Source: an uncultured Iamiaceae bacterium (lineage in GTDB: Bacteria; Actinomycetota; Acidimicrobiia; Acidimicrobiales; Acidimicrobilacustridaceae). Taken from it: a stretch of 64,000 nt of DNA. Positions 21,642 to 32,609 of this stretch are shown here, one piece after another (position 1 is the first letter of the stretch; the number at the start of each line of letters is the position of its first letter). The stretch lies in contig CAVQSE010000004.1 of NCBI GenBank assembly GCA_963715425.1, positions 81,242 through 145,241 of the forward strand. Reading direction: 5' to 3'. The notes under the pieces are model-generated. The model did not search any database, had not been told where the DNA came from, and saw only the letters and a list, made by a program, of their open reading frames with translations. The translations under genes were made by a program, and so were the position numbers.

Positions 21642-23251
21642 GTGATCCGTGACCAGCTCGCCGGCGCCCTTCGCGCCGCGCTCTCGACCCTCGAGGTCAC
21701 ACCGATGCCGGCGACGGTCAACCTCGAGCGCCCCGCGCATCGTGATCACGGGGACTGGTCGTCGAACGTGGCGCTCGTCGCGGCCAAGAAGGCCGGGTGG
21801 AACCCCCGCGACCTGGCCGGGCGCGTCGCCGAGATCCTGACCGCCGATCCCCCGGCGCACGTCACGGCGGTCGAGGTGGCCGGGCCCGGGTTCGTGAACT
21901 TCCGCCTGGCCGACTCCTGGTTGCACGATGTGCTCGGCGAGGTCGTGGAGGCCGGCGTCGACGCGTACGCGCGCACCGACCTGGGAGGAGGGCGGCGCGT
22001 CCTCGTCGAGTTCGTCAGCGCCAACCCGACCGGGCCGTTGCACGCCGGTCACGGCCGGGGCGCGGCCTACGGCGACTCGTTGGCCCGGGTGCTCGAGCGC
22101 ACGGGACACCTGGTCAGCCGGGAGAACTACCTCAACGACCGCGGCATCGCAGATGCAGCTCTTCGTGGCCTCGCTCGCCGCTCGCCGACGTGGCGAGCAA
22201 CCCCCCGAGGGCGGCTACCAGGGCCAGTACATCATCGACTGGGCCGGCCGAGATCCCCGAGGGCGCCGACCTCCTCGAGTGGGGCGAGGCCAGGGCCGTG
22301 GAGGACCACCGCGAGACCCTCGAGCGCATGAACGTGCACTTCGACACCTGGTTCAGCGAGCGCTCGATGGTGGCATCGGGCGCCATCGAGACGACGCTGG
22401 CCGACCTGCGCGACCGGGGCGTGGTCGACGACCACGACGGCGCGGTGTGGTTGCGCTCGACCGACTTCGGAGACGACAAGGACCGTGTCCTCGTCAAGAG
22501 CGACGGCGAGTTCACCTACCTGCTCCCCGACATCGCCTACCACCGTGACAAGTACGCCCGCGGCTACGAGCTGCTCATCGACGTGTGGGGTGCCGACCAC
22601 CACGGCTACGTGCCGCGCATGAAGGCCGCGATGCAGGCGCTGGGGCACGCCCCCGACGAGTTGGAGTGCGCCATCATCCAGCTCGTCAACCTCCTGCGCG
22701 GCGGAGAGCCGGTTCGGCTGTCGAAGCGCTCGGGCGACATCATCGAGCTGGCCGACGTGCTCGACGAGGTCGGTGCCGACGCGGCGCGGCTCACCTACCT
22801 GCTCCAGTCGGTCGACTCCCCCCAGACGTTCGACTTCGACGTCGTGAAGAGCCAGGCCATGGAGAACCCGGTGTTCTACGTCCAGATGGCCTACGCCCGG
22901 ATCCGCTCGATCCAACGCGTCGCCGCCGAGCGCGAGGTCACCCGGGTCCCGTTCGCCGAGGTGGACCGGAGCCTCCTGGTGCACGAGCGTGAGCTCGAGG
23001 TGCTCCGCGTGCTCTCCGAGCTGCCCGACACCCTCGTGGCCGCGGCCAACGACCGGGCCCCTCACCGCATCGCCACATGGGTGCGCGAGCTGGCCGGCAC
23101 CGTGCACGGCTTCTACCACGACTGCTACGTCATGGGTGATGGCGTGGCCGCCGAGCTCACCCAGGCCCGGCTCTGGTTGGTCGAGGCGGCGGCGGTCGGC
23201 CTCGGCATCGGACTCGACCTGCTCGGCGTCAGCGCACCGGACGAGATGTGA
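21642..23251 (+). CDS. argS: Arginyl-tRNA synthetase (frameshifts near 22150 and 22245)
   Basis: HGDWSSN, GPGFVNF, EFVSANPTGPLHAGH, GADHHGY, LSKRSG, NPVFYVQMAYAR across three frames. Confidence 0.93.
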
Positions 23252-24519
23252 GCCGGCTTCCCTTCGGGCTCCTCCCCGACACCGCCGAGGTGGGCGACCG
23301 CGGCCAGCTGCTGGTCGGTGGTTGCGACACCCTGGTCCTGGCCCGTGAGTTCGGGACACCGCTGTTCGTGTACGACGAGGCGACGCTGCGGGCGCGCTGC
23401 CGTGACGCCGTGGCCGCCTTCGGTCCGGGGGTGAACTACGCCACCAAGGCCTTCCTCTGCGTGGCCATGGCCCGCCTCGCCGCGGAGGAGGGCTGCAACC
23501 TCGACGTGTCGACCGGCGGGGAGTACCACGTCGCCCGAACGGCGGGCGTCCCCCCTGAGCGCCTCGTGCTGCACGGCAACAACAAGAGCACCGACGAGCT
23601 CCGCCGTGCCCTCGACGACGGCGTCGGTCGGGTCATCGTCGACTCCTTCGACGAGATCGACCGCATCGAGGCACTGGTGCGGTCGGGCCATCCCGTACCT
23701 CGCGTGCTGCTGCGGATCACGCCCGGTGTCGAGGCCCACACCCACGAGTTCGTCCGGACCGGGCAGGACGACTCGAAGTTCGGCTTCGGGCTCGCCGTGG
23801 GCGACGCCGAACGGGCCGTCGGTCGCGTCACCGCCTCCCCGGCGTTCGACCTGCGCGGCCTGCACGCCCACATCGGCTCGCAGGTCTTCGAGGCCCGCTT
23901 CTTCGAGATGGCCGTCGAGGCGTTGGCGCCCTTCGTCGTGCGCCACGACCTCCCGGAGCTCTCCATCGGCGGCGGCCTCGGGGTCGCCTACGTCGAGGGC
24001 GAGGACGCACCGAGCATCCTCGAATGGGGGGAGGCCGTGCACCGGGCCGTCGTCGCCGCCGGCATCACCGCGACGGTCACCGCCGAGCCCGGACGGGCCC
24101 TCGTCGCCCGTGCCGGCCTCACCCTCTACACCGTCGGCACCATCAAGGAGATCCCGGGCATCCGAACCTACGTCTCCGTCGACGGCGGCATGAGCGACAA
24201 CCCCCGTCCGGTCCTGTACGGCAGTGGGTACGAGGTCTTCGCCCCCGGTGCCGTCGAGGCCGATCGCGACCGACGGGTGACGGTGGTGGGCAAGCACTGC
24301 GAGTCCGGTGACGTGGTCGTCCGCGATGCCTTCGTGCCTTCGGACCTGGCGGTCGACGACATCGTGGCGACGCCGGTGACGGGTGCCTACGGTCACTCGA
24401 TGGGCTCGAACTACAACAAGGTCCCCCGGCCCGCGGTCGTGTTCGTGCGCGACGGTCGAGCGCGACTGGTCGTGCGGCGCGAGACCTTCGACGACCTCGT
24501 CGCACTCGACGTCGTCTGA
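23248..24519 (+). CDS. lysA: Diaminopimelate decarboxylase
   Basis: YATKAF, HGNNKS, DSKFG, HIGSQ, GKHCESGD, GAYG..M.SNYN. Confidence 0.95.
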   Translation: MSRLPFGLLPDTAEVGDRGQLLVGGCDTLVLAREFGTPLFVYDEATLRARCRDAVAAFGPGVNYATKAFLCVAMARLAAEEGCNLDVSTGGEYHVARTAGVPPERLVLHGNNKSTDELRRALDDGVGRVIVDSFDEIDRIEALVRSGHPVPRVLLRITPGVEAHTHEFVRTGQDDSKFGFGLAVGDAERAVGRVTASPAFDLRGLHAHIGSQVFEARFFEMAVEALAPFVVRHDLPELSIGGGLGVAYVEGEDAPSILEWGEAVHRAVVAAGITATVTAEPGRALVARAGLTLYTVGTIKEIPGIRTYVSVDGGMSDNPRPVLYGSGYEVFAPGAVEADRDRRVTVVGKHCESGDVVVRDAFVPSDLAVDDIVATPVTGAYGHSMGSNYNKVPRPAVVFVRDGRARLVVRRETFDDLVALDVV

Positions 24520-24528
24520 CGCATCGAG

Positions 24529-25261
24529 GTGAGCCCGGGTCAGGTCGTCACGTGTGCGGCGCTGGTGGCCGTGGCGGCGCTCGTGCAGACCGTGACGGGC
24601 TTCGGGTTCGCGTTGCTCGCGGTGCCGGTGCTGTCGCTGGTGATCCCGCCCGAGTCCGCGGTGGTGCTCTCCGCGTCGTTGGGGCTGCTCACCTCGTCGG
24701 GTCAGGCCATCAGCGAGCGCACCCACGGTGACCGTCCGACGATCGGACGGATGCTCCTCGGTGCAGCCGTCGGCGCGCCCTTCGGACTGCTCATCCTGGT
24801 CGTCACGACCGAGCGCCAGCTGCGGATCGTGCTCGTGGTGGTCATCGCCGTCTTCTTGGTCATCAACGTGCGCAACATCACCTTGCGTCGGGCCAGCCGG
24901 GTCGTCGACCTGGGTGCCGGCGCCATCAGCGGCGCGCTCAACACGGCGTTGTCGACGAACGGACCACCGCTCGTGATGGCCCTCCACGTCCGCCATCTCA
25001 CGCCCCAGGTGTTCCGGGCGACCCTCAGCGCGGTCCTCGCCGGCTCCGGCATCATCACCGTCTCGTTGTTCGCTCTGTCGGGGCGCTACGACCTCGACAT
25101 CGTCGTGCTCTTCGTCGCGTCGTTGCCGGGGTTGGCTGTCGGCTTCGCCGTCGGCGTCCGCCACCGCCACCGGGTCGGCATCGCCCGCTTCCGCCAGCTG
25201 GTCACGGTCCTGCTCGCCGTCACCGGGGTCGTGGCCCTCGTCGGGTGTGCTCACGTCCTGA
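24529..25261 (+). CDS. TauE/SafE family sulfite exporter (indel near 3' end)
   Basis: TGFGFAL and STNGPP repeat motifs, about 8 TM segments; ORF track fuses it to hom through an indel. Confidence 0.78.
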
Positions 25262-25308
25262 CGGGCGCCCTGGCGGGGCCGCCGAGAGGCACCGCTAGCC
25301 TCGCCGGC

Positions 25309-26636
25309 GTGAACGGATCCGTGGTCAGGGTCGGGGTGCTCGGTTGCGGCACGGTCGGCTCCTCGCTCATCGCCCTCGTGGACGATCAACGCGACGCCAT
25401 CGAGGCGCGCACCGGGCTGCGCCTCGAGATCGCCCGCGTGGCCGTGCGCGACGACTCGCGGCCCAGGTCCGTGCCGCTCGCCGACGGCGTCGTGACGACC
25501 GACGCCGCAGCAGTGGTGGCCGATCCTGCGATCGACGTGATCGTCGAGGTCATCGGAGGTGTCGAGCCCGCGGGTGCGCTGGTGCGCACCGCGCTCTCCT
25601 CGGGCAAGCCGGTGGTCACGGCGAACAAGGAGCTGCTGGCCGTCGCCGGTCCGGAGGTCTTCGCCGCCGCGGAGGCGGCCGGGGTCGACCTGTCTGTTCG
25701 AAGCCGCGGTCGCCGGCGGCATCCCCTTCGTGCGCCCCTTGCGCGAGTCGCTGCTGGGCGAGCCGGTCGAGCGTGTGCTCGGCATCATGAACGGCACGAC
25801 CAACTACATCCTGACGAGGATGACGGAGGCCGGCGCCGACTTCTCCGAGGCACTGGCCGAGGCCCAGGACCTCGGCTACGCCGAGGCCGATCCGACCGCC
25901 GACGTCGAGGGCTTCGACGCCGGGGCCAAGATCGCCATCGTGGCCTCGCTCGCCTTCGGGGCCCGCGTGCGGGCCAGCGACGTCACCTGCGAGGGCATCA
26001 GCAGGGCTGACCGCCGCCGACATCGCCTTCGCCGGCCGGAACGGCTTCGTCGTGAAGCTCCTGGCCGTGGCCGAGTGCTTCGACGACGACGGTGCCCCGA
26101 GCATCGTCGCTCGCGTCCACCCGACGTTCGTGCCCGAGACGCACCCGTTGGCCTCGGTCCGCGAGAGCTTCAACGCCGTGTTCGTGCAGGGCGCCGTGGT
26201 GGGCGACCTCATGTTCTACGGCCGCGGCGCCGGGGGCGATCCCACCGCCAGCGCGCTGCTCGGCGACCTGATCGATGCCGCCGCCAACGTCCGCCGCGGC
26301 GGGCACGCCAGCCTGGGCACGTTCACCGACGTCCCGTTCCACCCGGTGGACGACCTGGCCTCGGCGTTCTACGTGAGCCTGCACGCGGTCGACCGTCCGG
26401 GCGTCCTGGCCACCATCGCCGGCGTGTTCAGCGAGCGAGGGGTGTCGATCGCGTCGATGGAGCAGGAGGGCCCGCCGGACCCGACCATCGCCGCGCCCGG
26501 CACCGACGTCCGCATCGACTTCATCACCCACCTGGCCCGCGAGCGCGACCTGCGCGCCACCATCGCCGATCTGCGCGAGCTCGATGTCGTGGCCCGTGTC
26601 GGCAGCGTCGTGCGGGTGCTCGGCGACGACGGGTGA
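25309..26636 (+). CDS. hom: Homoserine dehydrogenase with ACT domain (frameshifts near 25692 and 26005)
   Basis: GCGTVG, VTANK, FEAAVAGGIP, NGTTNYIL, GYAEADP, GRGAGG.PTASA, DRPGVLA. Confidence 0.92.
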
Positions 26637-26640
26637 GGCG

Positions 26641-28046
26641 ATGAGCCCGCTCACCTACGTCAGCTCCCGGGGCGCCGCGCCGGAGCTCGACTTCGCCGAC
26701 GTCCTGCTGGCCGGCCTGGCCGTCGACGGAGGGCTCTACGTGCCGTCCTCCTGGCCCGTCCTCGACGCCGGTGCGCTGGGCCGGTTCGCCTCGATGACGT
26801 ACGCCGATGTCGCCGTCGAGGTCATGTGGCCGTTCGTCCAGGGCACGATCGACCGCGACGCATTCGAGGCCATCGTGGCCGACGCCTACGCCACCTTCGA
26901 CGCGCCGGAGGTGGTGCCGCTCGCCGACCTGGGCGACGGGCTGTGGCTGGCCGAGCTCTTCCACGGGCCGACGCTGGCCTTCAAGGACGTGGCGATGCAG
27001 CTCGTGGGCCGTCTGTTCGACCACGTCCTGTCCGAGCGGGGCGAGCGCGTCACCATCGTGGCCGCCACGTCGGGCGACACCGGTTCGGCGGCGATCGAGG
27101 CCTGCCGGGATCGCGACACCATCGACATCGTGATCCTGCACCCCCAGGGGCGGGTCTCGGAGGTGCAGCGACGTCAGATGACCACCGTGACGGCACCCAA
27201 CGTGCACAACCTGGCCGTCGAGGGCACGTTCGACGACTGCCAGGACCTGGTCAAGGCGCTCTTCGCCGACACGGAGTTCCGCCGGCGGCGCCGTCTGTCG
27301 GCGGTGAACTCCATCAACTGGGCCCGGGTCATGGCCCAGGTCGTGTACTACGCCACCTCGGCGGCCCGCCTCGGCGGCGGTCACGAGCGGCCGGTCGCGT
27401 TCTCGGTGCCCACCGGCAACTTCGGCAACGTGTTCGCCGGCTACGGCGCCCAGCGCATGGGCGTCCCCATCAACCGCTTCGTCGTCGCCTCGAACCGCAA
27501 CGACATCCTCACCCGGTTCCTGACCACCGGGTCGATGACCATCGGTGACGTGCACCCCACGTTGAGCCCGAGCATGGACATCCAGGTCTCGTCGAACCTC
27601 GAACGGCTGCTCTTCGAGCTGTACGGACGCGACGGCGCGGCGATCGCCGAGCTGATGACCCGCTTCCGAGCCGAGGGCACGGTGAGCATCGACGACGGGC
27701 GCCTCGATCTGCTGGCCGAGCAGTGGGGAGCGGCGCGGATCGACGACGACGTGACGGCGGTGACCATCCGCGAGGAGTACGAGCGCCACGGTCGCCTTCT
27801 CGACCCGCACACGGCCGTCGGTCTCGCCGCCGCCCGACTCGCTCGCGGTGACGAGACCGTGCCGATGGTCGTGCTGGCCACCGCGCATCCGGCCAAGTTC
27901 CCCGATGCGGTGGAGGCAGCCACCGGCGTGCGCCCTGGGCTCCCGCGCGCACCTCGCCGACCTCTTCGAGCGCCCGGAGACCTACGAGATCGTGCGCCGG
28001 CGACTATCCGACGGTCAAGGCGGTCATCGACGGGACCTTGGGTTGA
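26641..28046 (+). CDS. thrC: Threonine synthase, long type (indels near 27945-28000)
   Basis: YVSSRG, ELFHGPTLAFKD, ATSGDTGSAA, NSINWAR, VPTGNFGN, TAHPAKF. Confidence 0.93.
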
Positions 28047-28109
28047 TCCTCGGACGTCGGCGTGCCCTCCGATGGACCCGCCTGGGCCGCCGTGGGCCAT
28101 GATCGCGGC

Positions 28110-29259
28110 ATGAAGTACGTCGTGTGTGTCCCCGATGGTTGTGCCGACGAGCCGCTCGAGGCGCTGGGCGGCCGCACGCCGCTCGAGGTCGCCGACACGC
28201 CGCACCTCGATGCGCTGGCGGCTCGGGGTGAGGTCGGCAGGGCCGGGGTGATCCCCGACGGGCTGCCGCCCGGCTCCGACGTGGGCAACATGTCGATCTT
28301 CGGCTACGACCCCGCCCGCTACCACACCGGTCGGGCCCCGATCGAGGCGGCGGCGCTCGGGCTGAAGCTGGCGTCCCGACCAGGTGGCGTACCGCTGCAA
28401 CCTCGTCACGGTCGCCGACGACGGCACCATGGTCGACTTCGCCGGGGGGCACCCGTCGACCGAGGCCGCCGGCGAGGTCATCCGGGCGCTCGACGACGCG
28501 CTGGGCGGGGACGGTGTGTCGTTCCATCCCGGGGTGCAGTACCGCCACATCCTCGTGGCTCCCGAGGGGTGGGTCGACGCCGAGTGCGTCCCGCCCCACG
28601 ACCTCACCGACAAGCCGGCCGTCTGGCCGACCGGTCCTGCCGCTCCCGCCCTGCAGCAGCTCATGGACGCGTCCCGCGAGATCGTGGGGGCGTCCTCCCT
28701 CGCCGCCAACCAGGTGTGGCTGTGGGGTCAGGGCTTCCAGCCGCAGATGCCGAGCTTCCAGGACGCCTACGGGCTCGACGCCGCGCTGGTCACCGCGGTC
28801 GACCTCGTCCGGGGGCTCGGCGTGCTCACCGGCATCGAGGTCGTGGAGCTCGAGACGGCCACCGGTTGGTACGACACCGACTACGAGGGCAAGCGGGACT
28901 GCGCGCTCGATGCGCTGGCCGACGGCGCCGACCTGTTCGTCATCCACGTCGAGGCGAGCGACGAGGCCGGGCACGCCGGCAACGTGGAGGAGAAGGTCCG
29001 GGCGCTGGAGAACTGGGATCGCCGCATCCTGGCCGACCTGGTCCCCGGCCTCGACCGCCTCGGCCCGTGGCGGTTGCTCATGCTCCCCGATCACGCCACC
29101 CCGTTGGCCCTGCGCACGCACACCTCTGATCCCGTTCCCTACCTGCTGGTCGACTCCGAGCGGCCGGGTGCAGGCGGCACCTACACCGAGGCGGGCGTGG
29201 CCGGCGCACCGATCGTGCCCGGTCACGACCTCATGGCCCGCCTGGTCGGCGTTCGCTGA
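28110..29259 (+). CDS. ApgM-type cofactor-independent phosphoglycerate mutase family / proposed homoserine kinase (frameshift near 28375)
   Basis: PDGCAD, TPLEVA.TP.LD, PGSDVGNM, GRAPIEAA, HVEASDEAGHAG, PDHATP..RTH. Confidence 0.85.
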
Positions 29260-29284
29260 CCGGGGGCATCGACCTCGAACGCGT

Positions 29285-29314
29285 CGGAGGCCCGACCTGT
29301 CGGTCGGGCCTCCG
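29285..29314. terminator. Perfect 13-bp-stem hairpin between convergent genes
   Basis: CGGAGGCCCGACC-TGTC-GGTCGGGCCTCCG. Confidence 0.7.
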
Positions 29315-29355
29315 GTTCGCCGGTCGGGAGGAACCGGCAGCGTGGGGATGACGGA

Positions 29356-30138
29356 TCAGCCGGTCATCCGCGGGGTGGCCATCACCGGGGCGGGAGCCTC
29401 GGCGGGGGTCTCCGGGGCCGGAGCCGGGGCGACGGGCACGTCGAGGACCTGGACCACGGAGGTCAGGGTCAGCGGCGCACCGGGGACGGCGTTGCCGACG
29501 GCGTAGACGATGACGTTCTTGCCGGCGGGGATCGTCGGTGTCCGGCGAGGTCGAGCACCGTGGTGCCCGTCGACCTGGACGGCGAAGTCGTACGTGCCGG
29601 CGGGCAGGATGGCGGACGCCTCACCGCCCATGACGAGACCCGGGATGGCGACCGTGCCGTCCACGGCGATGTCGACGGTCGGGGCGTTGGCGGTGTGGCG
29701 CACCGTGACCCGCGACGAGCCCTCGACGACCGGGCTGAGGTCGTTGGCGAAGGCCTGGAGGTTCGGCGTGCCGCCTTCGACGTTGGCCACGACCGACACG
29801 TTCGCCCCGCTCGGGACGGCGAGCGTCTGGGTGATCACGGCCGCGTCGGCGCGGTCGGCGGCGGCCTCGGGCGGGGCGGGGATGGCGCCGAACACCTGGA
29901 CCTCGAGGTCACCGGCGGGGAGGGTCAGGGCGGGGGTGACGGTGAGGGGCTGGAAATCGGCGAGGGCCAGCTGGCCCCCGGCGTAGACGTCGACGGGGAC
30001 GCCGGGGATGCCGTGCACGATGTACACCTGGGAGTCGGCGGCTCCCGCCCGGCTGGTGCCGAGCAGCGGGACGGCCACGACGAGCGCGGCGATCAGGGCG
30101 AGGGCGGCGACGAGCGGCCGCCGGCGGATGTTGGTCAT
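29356..30138 (-). CDS. Secreted DUF4397 domain protein
   Basis: Signal peptide, VHGIPGVPVDVY, VTVRHTANAPTVDI, VYAVG; Pro/Ala linker ending ATPRMTG; GGAG RBS. Confidence 0.82.
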   Translation of the reverse strand: MTNIRRRPLVAALALIAALVVAVPLLGTSRAGAADSQVYIVHGIPGVPVDVYAGGQLALADFQPLTVTPALTLPAGDLEVQVFGAIPAPPEAAADRADAAVITQTLAVPSGANVSVVANVEGGTPNLQAFANDLSPVVEGSSRVTVRHTANAPTVDIAVDGTVAIPGLVMGGEASAILPAGTYDFAVQVDGHHGARPRRTPTIPAGKNVIVYAVGNAVPGAPLTLTSVVQVLDVPVAPAPAPETPAEAPAPVMATPRMTG

Positions 30139-30238
30139 CTCGGGATCTCCTTGGGGGGTGGGGGCTCGGGAGACGACGTCGACAGACGCACGGTTCGGGT
30201 GCTCGAGCCGGGTGCCACCGAGGTGGTGACACTCCATC

Positions 30239-30264
30239 TACGGAGCCCCGGCGATTCCGGATGA
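30239..30264 (-). promoter_or_regulatory. SigK-like ECF promoter
   Basis: TCATCC-N15-CCGTA vs SigK consensus CCATCC-N15-CCGAA. Confidence 0.55.
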
Positions 30265-30299
30265 CGAATTCGCCGGTAGGTCGCGATCGGCGGCCTCGG

Positions 30300-30329
30300 T
30301 TGCCGCCTGTGCGCGGCCCCCGCTACGTT
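30300..30329 (+). promoter_or_regulatory. Putative sigma70 promoter for rho, giving a leader of about 200 nt
   Basis: TTGCCG-18 nt-TACGTT. Confidence 0.4.
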
Positions 30330-30540
30330 GACGGGGCCGTCGACCGGCGGAGGTGCCTGCGACAGGGCACCCGATCCGGTGGACCGGTTGCGGTCGGAGC
30401 AGTCGCGGCGTTCCCGGACGTGGTGGCGAGACCGACCCGGGCACCGGCGTTCGCCGCGACCGCCCCTCCTCCCGCCATCGGCCGATGGCTCCTCCGTGGC
30501 CACGGGCCACGTTCCCTCCACCAACGAGGTGCACCTACAC

Positions 30541-32279
30541 ATGAGCGCGGACTCCGAGCAGCTCGAACGATCGGCGCTCGAGCGCAAGGATCGTGACGAG
30601 TTGATGACCATCGCCACGGCTCTGGGCGGCAAGCCCGGATCGAGGGCCAAGAAGGCCGACATCATCGATCTCGTCCTGCAGCTCACCGGCGTCACCGCCG
30701 GCGCCACCGACCAGGACGTGACCGGCGACGTGGCCAGCGGGGACGACACGGCTACGGCGGCGGCGCAGGAGTCGGCTCCGGCGACCGACAGCGGCTCGGG
30801 GACGCCCCCGCGCCGCGCCAGCGGCGACCCCGCAGGGCCAAGGAGGCCCCCTCGTCCGACGGGCCCGCCTCCTCGACGTCGCGCCGGCTCCCGGCGACGC
30901 CGGTGGCGGTGGGGCCCGGCCCCGTCGTCCGCACCGACGTCGGCGGAAGGTGACGCCCCCGAGGCGTCGAACGCCACGACGGCCGCTCCCGCCGCGTCGG
31001 CGGCGGACCAGGCATCGGTGGTGCCGGGGGTCCCGACGCCGCCGCCGAGGTCGGTGGAGAGCAGGAGCCGGGCCGGCGCCGCCGTCGTCGCGGCCGGGAT
31101 CGCAACGGCGATCGGACCGAGCGGACCGAGCGCACCGACGATGCCCCCGTGGCCGAGCCGGCCGAGGTCGAGGGCCTCCTCGACCTGCGTGACGAGGGCT
31201 ACGGGTTCATCCGGGTCGACGGGTACCTCCCCGGCAAGGACGACGTCTACGTCTCGGTCAAGCAGACCCGGCAGTTCGCCCTCCGGCGGGGTGACCACAT
31301 CAAGGGCACCAGCCGCCCGGCGACCCGCAACGAGAAGAACCCGGCCCTGCTGCGCATCGACGCGGTCAACGGCGCCGACGTGGAGGCTGCGAGGGGCCGC
31401 CGACGCTTCGACGACCTCACTCCGCTGTTCCCCGACGAACGGCTGAGGCTCGAGAGCGCGTCGAGCCCCTACGACATGACGGCGAGGATCATCGACCTCA
31501 TCTGCCCGATCGGGAAGGGTCAGCGTGGCCTGATCGTGTCGCCGCCCAAGGCGGGCAAGACCACGATCATGAAGCAGATCGCCAAGGCCGTCGAGACCAA
31601 CAACCCCGAGGTCGAGCTGATCGTGCTCCTCGTGGACGAACGTCCCGAGGAGGTGACCGACATGCGTCGTTCGGTCAAGGGCGAGGTCGTCGCCTCCACC
31701 TTCGACCGACCGACCGAGGAGCACACGGCGATCGCCGAGCTCGTCATCGAGCGGGCCAAGCGGCGCGTCGAGGAGGGAAAGGACGTCGTCGTCATCCTCG
31801 ACGGCATCACCCGGCTGGCCCGCGCCTACAACCTCGCCGCGCCGGCCACCGGCCGTGTCATGAGCGGGGGCATCGACACCGGTGCCCTGTACCCGCCCAA
31901 GAAGTTCTTCGGTGCTGCCCGCAACGTCGAGGAGGGCGGCTCGCTCACGATCCTCGCCACCGCGCTCGTCGAGACGGGCTCGCGGATGGACGAGGTCATC
32001 TTCGAGGAGTTCAAGGGCACCGGCAACATGGAGCTGCGCCTCGACCGCCGACTCGCCGAGCGGCGGATCTACCCGGCCATCGACGTCGATGCCTCGTCGA
32101 CCCGCCACGAGGAGCTGCTCTACGACCGGGCCCAGGTCCAGAAGGTCTGGAAGCTGCGTCGGGTGCTCAGCGGCCTGGCGGGCGAGTCCGGGGGCGGCGC
32201 CGGGTTGGAGATGCTCGTCGATCGCCTCGGTGAGTTCCGCTCCAACGATGCCTTCCTCGACGAGATGGGCAAGGCCTGA
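30541..32279 (+). CDS. rho: Transcription termination factor Rho with N-terminal low-complexity insertion (indels in insertion)
   Basis: Rho_N helix, RRRRRGRDR insert, [39 protein letters not shown]. Confidence 0.93.
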
Positions 32280-32364
32280 CCACTCCCGGCCCCGGTGGCG
32301 GATTGCGATCTGGCCCTCGGGCCCGGCACACTTGACCGTCCACACTTTCGAAGCGGAGAGCGCC

Positions 32365-32574
32365 ATGAAGGCCGACATCCATCCCGACTACGTCGAAGCG
32401 AGCGTGCGGTGCTCCTGCGGGAACACGTTCACGACCCGCTCGACCCAGGCCGAGCTCACGTCCGAGCTGTGCAACGAGTGCCACCCCTTCTACACGGGCA
32501 AGCAGAAGCTGGTCGACACCGGTGGGCGCATCGAGAAGTTCCAGAAGCGCTACGGGACGCGCCGGGCCAAGTAG
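32365..32574 (+). CDS. rpmE: 50S ribosomal protein L31, Zn-binding type
   Basis: [25 protein letters not shown]. Confidence 0.96.
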   Translation: MKADIHPDYVEASVRCSCGNTFTTRSTQAELTSELCNECHPFYTGKQKLVDTGGRIEKFQKRYGTRRAK

Positions 32575-32609
32575 CCGGCGCCGCCCTGTCGTCGCCTCCC
32601 GTCAGGGGC

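Noticed and set aside
21642-23251. argS, atpH, hom and rho as pseudogenes or programmed frameshifts
   Set aside because: Essential or core genes with intact motifs; breaks lack shared slippery sites and are scattered through the window, consistent with sequencing indels
24529-26010. Apparent TauE-homoserine dehydrogenase fusion (493-aa ORF)
   Set aside because: One extra base near 25245 bypasses TGA 25261; hom has its own -10 hexamer and GTG start
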